Assembly: GCA_964019425.1 (NCBI GenBank)
Contig: OZ025780.1
Span: forward strand, 1,364,001 to 1,428,000
Source: Flectonema sp. DT1601
Lineage: Eukaryota
DNA length: 64,000 bases
Reading direction: 5' to 3'
The stretch's first letter is position 1. Each line of letters starts with the position of its first letter. The translations under genes were made by a program, and so were the position numbers. This document shows positions 1-9,121 of the stretch, piece by piece. The notes under the pieces are model-generated. The model ran no database searches, had not been told where the DNA came from, and saw nothing but the letters and a program-made list of their open reading frames with translations.

Positions 1-3000
1 CCGTAAAGGCGCTGAATGGGTCTTCTTGTCCCTCAGTGATTTCAGCTCTGACTATTAGCTGAGATTCTTTGTTATTCCCATCCACGTCAATTGATATTAA
101 ATAAAAATTTACTTTGGTTGATGAAATTTTTATTTTATTGTATAACAGTGTAATGTCTGAGAGAATAAGTCTTTGTTGTGATGGTGGCCACTGACCAGTT
201 GAGTTATAGCCGTCATTGAACTCTGACATCATTAACATATCTCTATAACCTATCTGAGCAACTGTGTTGTTGTCAAATATAACAATAGAGTTTTGTCTTA
301 TAAAAGTTTCATTTTTAATAACATAGTCAACAAGAACGTCTCTGATATCTGAGAGAGCAGTAGCAGCATTCGAAGCATCCGCAAAGAGATAAAGTGAAAA
401 TTCAGCGACCAGTTCAGAATCACTACTGCGAATGATGTTTATGTCTAGGTTTCTATCTGTGATGGTGTAGTTGGTAGCAAACTGTTTCCATGGAAGTTCA
501 TACCGAATGTCATATATTAGATTATGAATTTTATTAGAATCAGATAGGCTAATTAATATTTCTAAATTTTCAGAATGTGCGCAAAGGTTTCCAATAAATC
601 CGAATTCACAACCCAACTGACAATCATCACATCGTGAAGAAGGAGATTTATTATCTTCTTCACAAGTCTTACATGAAAGACACCAACCAGGTTGTTGATT
701 ATCGTCGAGCACATCACAAACAGTTTGTGAATCTGAAGTACAATTCGAAGAACAAAACAAAGAATCACTGCAATCGTCGGAAGACTCACAATAGGTTCCT
801 GGGTAATCTATTTTCAACACTGATGCTTCACTAGGTATGAAGTCACCTGGCATTAGATTCCCTGGTTTGGACGTTCGTACGATTTGCCAAGCAAGAGTAT
901 CCAGAGAGATATCCTTATCAGTGGCTTGGAGCCGGACTCGAACTTCGTCTTGTGAGTTACTTCCGGTGGTGGGTTGGTATGAAATAATTGAAACATCAAC
1001 TGCAGGGATACCGATGATGTTTTTTAACCCAACGACAAAAGAATTTTGCTTTGAGACTGTCCACAGTGAAGTTGATGCACCAATGAAGGAAATATCACGA
1101 TAAGGTACATATCCGAGAAATACATCATCAACGGACCAGATTCTCCATGCGAACCTGAGCACTGAGGATGAGAGTTTTGTTATAAATGTTGATTTCGTCA
1201 TTTCCAACTCTTTCTTAACATCCGATACAGTATCAGGTACAAGTAATTCAAGTAATATGAGAACACTCGAGTTATCAAAAGAAACAGGTCGGATCCAATC
1301 TCTTTCAATTATATTATTGTTGTTGAGGTCTGATAAGAATTTCTCAAGTGTTTTTGAAGTAAATTTTTCAGGATCTTGAAAGAGACGGATCGCGACTTTA
1401 GATGTGTCTTCGTGAGCACACTGACCGTTTACAAAAACTTTACATTTTATTCTCTCACAGCGATCACATGTATTTGTTAAAGAGTTATTTTGTCTACACA
1501 AAAAACAAGGAGAACACCAACCGAAATCATCTGACGAGTCGTCAGCATCATCACACATGAAGGAACTACAATTTAATGAACAATATTGATCGACTCCGCA
1601 GTCTTGATGAGTTGCACAAATACTACCCAAACGTGTTTGGTTTGAAATGATCATCGTTATAACATCAAAAGTATCGATGAATTCAGAGTCATCAATCAAC
1701 TTCGATAACAACCATTTAGCAATAATTGAAACAGATGTTGGTCTAGGAATCACATTAAGTCTGATGGTAATGTCAGTGTTGTTTTCATTTTCAACCATTG
1801 ATTGGATTGTTATAGATTTCAGTATCGAGCTCCAATTAGTTTGCAATTCAGTTGTCATGTAACTAATAATATTAGATTGCCTTGAGTATGGCCAATTGGA
1901 ACTGTTTCCTGCTACTCTGATTAGAAAATCCTTATTTCCTATGTCGGAAACGTACACATCGTCCACTGAATGAATGTCATACGTCTTAGTAAGGACATCA
2001 TTATTAGATATGGCATCAACAAGTAGGTTGAAAATACGATTCAATTCAGAGGTAGGAGTCTTTTCTGTTGCCGGTATTCTGATGTGAATTTCCATCGTTA
2101 CAACAATACTCCGACTAACTGAATAAATTTGTAACTGGTTTGGTGATAATTCATCTCCTTTCAAAACATCCGTAAACTCTTTTATGAGATTTCTCTTTCT
2201 GGATGAAGTCCAAATTTTTAATGCTCCGTTAAATTTAATCAACAAAGGTTTGAAGATGTCATGTGCGCAGACTCCATTTTTAATGTAAATATCACAACCA
2301 ATATTAGAACATGTATCGCAAGATGAATGTAAAGCTATCTGTTGAGTACAATTATCACATTGAAAACACCAACTTGAACCCTTTGAGCAGTTCAGCTGAG
2401 GAGGGCAGATATTACTACAGAACTGACTAACACCACATTGATCGTTTGATTCACATGCCGTACCATCTTGTATCAGTGGAATCATTGATACAGATCTGAC
2501 TGAGAATTGTTCTATAAAATAATTAGTTTTCAACAAGTCAATAACCATCAGAGAAACATCTGTTGCGGTGCTGTTTAACTCCCCAATATTGCTAGTCAGG
2601 ACGGTACACTTTACTACAATGTCTGACCCGCTTACCTTTTCTATTCTGAATTCCGCAGTAATGTTTTGAGTAATGAAAGAACGATTTTCAGAAATTAACT
2701 CCATGATATTTTCGATCAACTGCAGTTGCCACGATGCCGATAAAACTGTTTCTGGAGAGACAACCACGTCAATGTCTCGATAACTAGAAGCAGCAACGAC
2801 TACGTCTCGCACTTGATGGATTGCATATTTTATTCGAAATGCGATGACATCTACGCTTTGGGATTGTAAAGCCATCGCTACTTCATTAGTCAGTGTTTTT
2901 ATGTTGTTTTCAGTTTCGTTATTTGCCGTCATTATTGTTATATTGAATGACACGCCTGGATAAGCATCTTCAATCCCATCAAAAGAAATTTGTTCTCTTG

Positions 3001-6000
3001 AAATTGCTATTTCCTGTCCGTTGAGCACTTCTATCAGATCGGATAAAAAAATTAACTGAATCGGAATCGAACTCCACGTCACATTTGATACTGCGCGAAT
3101 TGCTATGTTTGTTGTATCATCTAAGGCGCAGGTACCGTTGATGAAGGTTGGACAGCCTGATTGGGAGTTGAGATCTGCTTCGCAAATATCACAAGAACGA
3201 GAAGCGCTTATTGATTGAGTACATAAAGAACACTTTTGACACCAACGTTGTTGGTCTGTTGGACAGTCTTGTCCATAACATTGCGAAGAACAAAATTGAG
3301 CATAAGGCTGACAGTCCTCGTGAGTGGTGCATACAGCACCCTGTTCAACTACACGAACTGGGTTAATAGAAGTAATTGAGAGAGTGGTGTCGTCATCATT
3401 TTCATAGTTTGTTATAAAATTCCAAATTAACGAATTTAAACATCCAGAAAGCCTGACAACAACCGAAACATACGCTCCATTGTAATTAGTAAGTAATATT
3501 ACTGACACTTTACAAACAGTTTCAGGAGACTGAACATATTCACTAATAGTGTCTGTTAATGATTTTTGTCTTGATCGAGTCCAATTTTGAACTTCCATTT
3601 GCAGAATGATTTCAACGTCCCTAAACTCAACATTAGCAACCAAAGCATTATTGACTGTTTCGATGGCAAACATTTCTACCAGTGACATAACAGCCTTGTC
3701 AGTTGAAAAGAACAGTTTTTGGACATTTGTGTTTATTAGTTGGACTTGACTTGATACTTTCTCATAAGAAAAACTACTCGGGAATCTAAACACGATTGTT
3801 AAAGTATATTGTTTAGTCTTAATGTTGAAGGCAGTCGCACCTTTGTGAATCTGATCGCGACTGGCCAGGTTTGGAAATAGTCTATTAAGAATTGAAGAGA
3901 ACGAATCGAGGAAATCAATAATATCATTCGCAAGAAGATCATCAGCAGTCATAGTTGGGAATAATCTGATGTTAAATGACGTGTATGTCTCATGAGGGCA
4001 TTCACCTCTTATGTATAATGGACATGACAAGTTATGACAGACATCGCATCCGTCACCAATCGATAATGATGAGTTACAAGTATCGCAGTTTTGACACCAA
4101 CCAGAAGTTTCAGTAACATTCTCATCGCAATCACCATTCTCACAGTTCGTTGAGCAGTACATTCCAGTTTGACCACAATCACTTTGATTATCACAAAGCA
4201 TTCCCTCAGTATATTTACCCGCGGTGTACGCTGTTGTGATATTATTGTCGTTTTGAATCGCATCACGCCACCAAGGAAGCCATTTTCCGTTAAATTGATT
4301 TTCCTTTCCACTACCAAATAGAAGTACAGTGTAATCACTGTTTATTCTAACAGTCAATAAAGTTGTTGAGATATCCGATTTGAAGTCGATTGATATTAAA
4401 GAAATTGATTTGATGACAGAGCTGATGCTGACAGAAGAAGCGTTCGAAATGATGTTTGCGAGATTGAATAACAGTAACTGTTGTTGGCTTACAGGCCAAT
4501 ATTCTAGTCCTACGGGTGACACAAAAACGATATCCCTCCAATCCTGAACAGCTACAATCACACTATCAATTGAATGGACGTTCCATTTATTTTTAAAATT
4601 GACATCCGTAGATAGCCGAGTCATTAAATCAGAGAAAGAATCTGTTAACACATCAGAACTCGATTGTTCTGATACGAGTTGCATATTTATTATTACCGAT
4701 CCAGGTAACACTTCATTTACTCTCAATTGAGAAATAGAAATATTACCATCACTTCCCAAGACTACTACATCGTTGATGAGAAGATCGAGGTCGGTAGAGC
4801 TGCTCAAATCCTCTATCTGTCCAAATAGTTTAATTGAAAAATTTCTAAAAGTGATTGCGCAATCTCCATTAACGTAATATGAGCACTCTCTGAATAAACA
4901 CTTATCAGGACATGTTGAAGATGGATTTTTATCACAAATTTCATTGCAAGGTTCACACCATCCGATGGAGTTGGAACTGATGTCGCAATCTTGTGATTCA
5001 CATTTAGTATGACAGAGTTGGTTTGGATTACAATTTGAATGACTGTTGCATTGCGTTCCTCTATCAGTAATTGACACCAATTGAACATCGTTCAATACAT
5101 TTGATAATTTATTATTTAAATTACTATTTTGCAAAATATCAATCAAACGATTATTATCTGCAGTCGTGTTACTAACTGAAATCGCTATTTCACTTCCTCT
5201 ATTGGAATTTACGATGTAAATAATTGAACTATTATAGCCATCGGTAAGGTCCAATAACAATTCTTGAATACTCTGACTGACATCAGAAGGAGGTATAGAC
5301 AGGTGAAGTTTAATAAAACGAACATCTCTTTGGAGAGTTATATTGTAGTTGATCGATTCAATCCCCCAGGTTAATAAGAAATCATCATCCTGCATTAGAG
5401 ATGACGCAGTTATGTTAGCAAGCTCTGACGCTGATATAAACCGTTCAGTGTCCGCAACCATCACAGAAACGTTTAAAATGATACTTCCCATAAAAATATT
5501 TTCAACTAAATATTGATCTCTGTATGTCATTATACTATCGTTGTAATTGTTAACTGATGAGGAGATGTCATGGAGAAGGGAATCTTGTTTTTGAATGGTC
5601 CATGAATCAAAGTCGCCTTGAATTTTTATAATAATAAACCCAATTTCAGTAGACGCACATTCACCTTGGATATATATGGTACAATTTTGATTGTCGCAGG
5701 GGAAATTACAAGAATCATCGACAGACGAATCCGAAGAACAATACTCACAGGGAAGACAATATCCAAAGGCGAGGGTTTCGTTATCCAGAAGTTTATCTCC
5801 GATCGTGAAATCATCACAATCGATGTCCCGACGACATGATTTGGAGCAATACTGTCCTCTATTGCAATGGCTGTGATCACCACATCTCATTCCAATGAGT
5901 GAGATGTTTTGTAATTCATACCAGAGAATTTCATAGTTTTGTTTGAGTACTGTTCCATTGCTTTTAATAGTTTCCAACAATCGCTCAGCGTCATTACTAT

Positions 6001-8785
6001 CGTCATCTTGAAGGTAGAGTCTCACCATGATGTCGGTACCGAAATTTAATGCCTTATCGATGTCTTGGATTCGAATAGTTGTGTTGCTGTTGTTTAACAT
6101 TGAGTCTAAGTCTGATGTGAAGTCTCGTTGAATAGAAAATGACCAATTCCCAATTGAAATATTTGATCTAAAATGGATATCATTAAAAGCAACAGGAGCG
6201 ATAACGGTTCCTAAAACAGCAATGATGGTGTTGTTTGTTGAGAAATTCGTTGATGAGATGATTTCCGTCATTATCGTTTTTGCAATTTCCAAATCAATCG
6301 AATTATCTGAAGACTTCGACGTCACGGAAATAACAGCTTTAAGCCATCCAGTCTCAGTTATGTTATTAATCATAATCATATCTCTTGTGATCACAGGAGG
6401 GTTCGATAATCCTAAACTTCTACTGATATCAATATAATTATGTTGATATACCACTACTAGTCGGTCCAACAACTCTTCAAGAGACTCTTCTGGTCCATCA
6501 CCGTCAAATGTTATCGGGATATCAATTGGTTGTTTTCTACTACACTCACCTTGAATAAACCAATTACAGTAAACTCCGTTACAATCACTACAATAAAGAC
6601 ATGATTGATCACTATTACAGTATTGGTCAGGATTGCAATTTGATGTACTTGCTGTACATGTTTCAGTTGTTAGAAACGTCATCGCAACATTTGATATACC
6701 GTATTGATTCATCATAGAAGAACCACTCGTAAGTCCAGCTAATGCCGAGTTAATCATAATGACATCATCCAACGTTGAGTTTAACTTTATTGTTGTTATC
6801 GTGCCGGTACTTCCATCTGAAATCAGTGAAACAAGCTTGATTGGACATCCTTCCGAGTTCGGAAATAACGTCTCGTGTAACAAACAAAAATCTTTTAAGT
6901 AATTCTTTTGAATATAAAAATTGAAAGCCTCAGTTGTTAAAGTATGAGATATTTCAAAGAAGAAATTATCAGAAGCATCTGGAAGAGAGTGTGTATCTAC
7001 ACTGACGTCTCGTATCAACCAGCTGTCGAGAAATTCATCACTTCTCATAACAGAATTATAAGAGTTAATTAGTGTATTCCAAGATGTCGTTAAATTGCTA
7101 TTCTCATTAACATAAATATTTATGAGTATTTGAATTTCTGATGAGAACTGACCACCTGACCCCAGACCATCAATTCCACTTGCAACAACAAAAGACTCAT
7201 CCTCAACCGTGTGATTACCAGCTGTGTTTGAAAGTGTGAATATATCTGCAGTAAATTGATTTTCTAAAGAGGTATTCCATGTTCCACCAGTCAATGATAT
7301 TCGTGCGTAGAATATGAGTGTTCCAAATTGTTCTGAAGCACACATTCCATTTGCCAGCGGGATAGCACAAGGGACAGTGTACGTTGTTTTCGTTATTTCA
7401 TTAGATTTCGAGTTAGTCTGAGTTCGAGTAGGTTGTGTTGATGTTTTTGTAATCGTTGGTTGTGTCTCACTGTCAGACGCTGTTTTCGTTCTGAATGAAG
7501 TAGTTTTTGTCTCCGAAGGGAGTGAACCAGTAGTAGATAAAGTATCTGAGTCACTTCCTGTTATAGTTTTCATTGATGTTGCTGTTCCTATTGAAGCAGA
7601 AGCGCTAATTGAAGTACTGAAAGTTCCAGTTGATGTTGCTGAAGCTGTAATAGTCGGTTGAGAGTTAGATGTAGTGATCGTATCTGATGACGTTCCGCTA
7701 TCAGTTTGACTATCTGATCGAGTTGGACGTGTAGAGCTACCCGTACCCGACTTAGAAATCGAACTACTACTTGAAACAGAAGATGAGAAGGATTTTGATG
7801 ATGTTGCAGTCCCGCTCTCTGTTGATGAGTCAGACCGTGAAGTAGTTCTGGTTGGTAATGAATTACTTTTTGAATTAGAAAAAGAACTACTAACACTTTC
7901 AGACACTGATGACGTCACTGACTTAGACTCACTAACAGAACCACTCACAGTTGCTGTCCCTGAATTCGACTTGCTAGATGTTGGTAACGCTGAACTCACT
8001 GAACCTGAAACAGATAATGAGAAACTATCAGATTGTGATAATGTCGCTGATTGTGAATCACTTCCAGTGTCGCTCTCAGTAGTTGTTTTTGACTTTGAAA
8101 TAGTCTTCGTTGGTAAGGGAATACTTCTACTATGTGAACCCGTCATTGAATAAGACTCTGACTGTGAACTACTCTCAGTACCCGTCGGAATGTTAGTTTT
8201 TGACCGTGAAATTGAACGACTTGAACTCTCAGTACCTGACTCTGATAAAGAATTACTTTCAGTCATTGAAACAGTTTTAGATTTCGGTTTACTCATTGAG
8301 GTTGTGACTGATGCAGTGTCTGAATTAGATTCACTCTTAGTTGACAAGACTGCACTGATTGATTTAGAATTCGAAACAGAAAGTGAAGTACTGTCGCTAT
8401 CTGATATCGAGTTAGTTGAACTTTTTGTTGGAAGTTCTGCGGACAATGAAAGAGATCTCGAGTTTGATTCACTTATCGTACCTGAAACTGAACTACTCCC
8501 AGATGCCGTACCACTCTCGGATGCTGTACCACTCCCAGATGCCGTACCACTCTCGGATGCCGTACCACTCCCAAATGCCGTACCACTCTCGGATGCCGTA
8601 CCACTCCCAGATGCCGTACCACTCTCGGATGCTGTACCACTCTCTGATGCTGAACTACTTTCGGATGCAGAACTCGTTCGTGTACCTAACGAAGAAGTCT
8701 CAGTCATTGTCATTGTTGCTGTCACACCCTCGACAGTCACTATCAAAATCATAATCAAAAACAGGGCAGACCATGTTAACGGCAT
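1..8785 (-). CDS. Giant secreted/surface glycoprotein, 3'-truncated by the window edge (>2,928 aa): signal peptide, Ser/Thr mucin-like region, then 8 x (Cys-rich module + two SEA-like domains)
   Basis: ATG at 8785 reads MPLTWSALFLIMILIVTVEG (signal-peptide-like), after an upstream ...TTCAACAG acceptor. The same minus frame was open wherever I translated it (1-300, ~3250, ~4300, ~4900-5100, ~6000, ~7400); not every codon was checked. Cys modules recur about every 850 nt. Absent from the ORF track, probably because no stop codon lies in the window. Confidence 0.88.
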   Translation of the reverse strand, partial: MPLTWSALFLIMILIVTVEGVTATMTMTETSSLGTRTSSASESSSASESGTASESGTASGSGTASESGTAFGSGTASESGTASGSGTASESGTASGSSSVSGTISESNSRSLSLSAELPTKSSTNSISDSDSTSLSVSNSKSISAVLSTKSESNSDTASVTTSMSKPKSKTVSMTESNSLSESGTESSSRSISRSKTNIPTGTESSSQSESYSMTGSHSRSIPLPTKTISKSKTTTESDTGSDSQSATLSQSDSFSLSVSGSVSSALPTSSKSNSGTATVSGSVSESKSVTSSVSESVSSSFSNSKSNSLPTRTTSRSDSSTESGTATSSKSFSSSVSSSSSISKSGTGSSTRPTRSDSQTDSGTSSDTITTSNSQPTITASATSTGTFSTSISASASIGTATSMKTITGSDSDTLSTTGSLPSETKTTSFRTKTASDSETQPTITKTSTQPTRTQTNSKSNEITKTTYTVPCAIPLANGMCASEQFGTLIFYARISLTGGTWNTSLENQFTADIFTLSNTAGNHTVEDESFVVASGIDGLGSGGQFSSEIQILINIYVNENSNLTTSWNTLINSYNSVMRSDEFLDSWLIRDVSVDTHSLPDASDNFFFEISHTLTTEAFNFYIQKNYLKDFCLLHETLFPNSEGCPIKLVSLISDGSTGTITTIKLNSTLDDVIMINSALAGLTSGSSMMNQYGISNVAMTFLTTETCTASTSNCNPDQYCNSDQSCLYCSDCNGVYCNWFIQGECSRKQPIDIPITFDGDGPEESLEELLDRLVVVYQHNYIDISRSLGLSNPPVITRDMIMINNITETGWLKAVISVTSKSSDNSIDLEIAKTIMTEIISSTNFSTNNTIIAVLGTVIAPVAFNDIHFRSNISIGNWSFSIQRDFTSDLDSMLNNSNTTIRIQDIDKALNFGTDIMVRLYLQDDDSNDAERLLETIKSNGTVLKQNYEILWYELQNISLIGMRCGDHSHCNRGQYCSKSCRRDIDCDDFTIGDKLLDNETLAFGYCLPCEYCSSDSSVDDSCNFPCDNQNCTIYIQGECASTEIGFIIIKIQGDFDSWTIQKQDSLLHDISSSVNNYNDSIMTYRDQYLVENIFMGSIILNVSVMVADTERFISASELANITASSLMQDDDFLLTWGIESINYNITLQRDVRFIKLHLSIPPSDVSQSIQELLLDLTDGYNSSIIYIVNSNRGSEIAISVSNTTADNNRLIDILQNSNLNNKLSNVLNDVQLVSITDRGTQCNSHSNCNPNQLCHTKCESQDCDISSNSIGWCEPCNEICDKNPSSTCPDKCLFRECSYYVNGDCAITFRNFSIKLFGQIEDLSSSTDLDLLINDVVVLGSDGNISISQLRVNEVLPGSVIINMQLVSEQSSSDVLTDSFSDLMTRLSTDVNFKNKWNVHSIDSVIVAVQDWRDIVFVSPVGLEYWPVSQQQLLLFNLANIISNASSVSISSVIKSISLISIDFKSDISTTLLTVRINSDYTVLLFGSGKENQFNGKWLPWWRDAIQNDNNITTAYTAGKYTEGMLCDNQSDCGQTGMYCSTNCENGDCDENVTETSGWCQNCDTCNSSLSIGDGCDVCHNLSCPLYIRGECPHETYTSFNIRLFPTMTADDLLANDIIDFLDSFSSILNRLFPNLASRDQIHKGATAFNIKTKQYTLTIVFRFPSSFSYEKVSSQVQLINTNVQKLFFSTDKAVMSLVEMFAIETVNNALVANVEFRDVEIILQMEVQNWTRSRQKSLTDTISEYVQSPETVCKVSVILLTNYNGAYVSVVVRLSGCLNSLIWNFITNYENDDDTTLSITSINPVRVVEQGAVCTTHEDCQPYAQFCSSQCYGQDCPTDQQRWCQKCSLCTQSISASRSCDICEADLNSQSGCPTFINGTCALDDTTNIAIRAVSNVTWSSIPIQLIFLSDLIEVLNGQEIAISREQISFDGIEDAYPGVSFNITIMTANNETENNIKTLTNEVAMALQSQSVDVIAFRIKYAIHQVRDVVVAASSYRDIDVVVSPETVLSASWQLQLIENIMELISENRSFITQNITAEFRIEKVSGSDIVVKCTVLTSNIGELNSTATDVSLMVIDLLKTNYFIEQFSVRSVSMIPLIQDGTACESNDQCGVSQFCSNICPPQLNCSKGSSWCFQCDNCTQQIALHSSCDTCSNIGCDIYIKNGVCAHDIFKPLLIKFNGALKIWTSSRKRNLIKEFTDVLKGDELSPNQLQIYSVSRSIVVTMEIHIRIPATEKTPTSELNRIFNLLVDAISNNDVLTKTYDIHSVDDVYVSDIGNKDFLIRVAGNSSNWPYSRQSNIISYMTTELQTNWSSILKSITIQSMVENENNTDITIRLNVIPRPTSVSIIAKWLLSKLIDDSEFIDTFDVITMIISNQTRLGSICATHQDCGVDQYCSLNCSSFMCDDADDSSDDFGWCSPCFLCRQNNSLTNTCDRCERIKCKVFVNGQCAHEDTSKVAIRLFQDPEKFTSKTLEKFLSDLNNNNIIERDWIRPVSFDNSSVLILLELLVPDTVSDVKKELEMTKSTFITKLSSSVLRFAWRIWSVDDVFLGYVPYRDISFIGASTSLWTVSKQNSFVVGLKNIIGIPAVDVSIISYQPTTGSNSQDEVRVRLQATDKDISLDTLAWQIVRTSKPGNLMPGDFIPSEASVLKIDYPGTYCESSDDCSDSLFCSSNCTSDSQTVCDVLDDNQQPGWCLSCKTCEEDNKSPSSRCDDCQLGCEFGFIGNLCAHSENLEILISLSDSNKIHNLIYDIRYELPWKQFATNYTITDRNLDINIIRSSDSELVAEFSLYLFADASNAATALSDIRDVLVDYVIKNETFIRQNSIVIFDNNTVAQIGYRDMLMMSEFNDGYNSTGQWPPSQQRLILSDITLLYNKIKISSTKVNFYLISIDVDGNNKESQLIVRAEITEGQEDPFSAFT
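8495..8674 (-). repeat. Coding tandem repeat, 10 x 18 nt (SGTASE/SGTASG), with 36-nt higher-order alternation
   Basis: On + the units actcccagatgccgtacc and actctcggatgc(c/t)gtacc alternate; the last two units are degenerate. Confidence 0.95.
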
Positions 8786-9121
8786 CGTGCCCAATGCCGT
8801 TAGCCGTGTAGATCTGTTGAATTAAATATTACTTTACACAAAATAAAAAGAACAACACACATATATAAACCATTAGAATATATCACATTCAATGTACCTG
8901 TTTTTAGTGAAGATATGACGTTTACGTGGCCGACTTTTACATAAAACATGGAAACTAAACATTTTTGTAACAAAAAAAAGGGCAAAAAAAAATTAATGTT
9001 TTTTTGGCAAATAAACTTTTTTTAAGTGTAAAACAAAAGAAAGAAAAGAAAAAATAAAATAAAAAAGGGAACAGAATTAGCTGCAAAAACGTTTACTTGT
9101 AAAAGTTAGTAACTTGAAAAC

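Noticed and set aside
562..8825. Numerous short ORF-track entries on both strands, e.g. 8190..8825 +
   Set aside because: Off-frame or antisense shadows of the giant minus-strand CDS and its 18-nt repeat.
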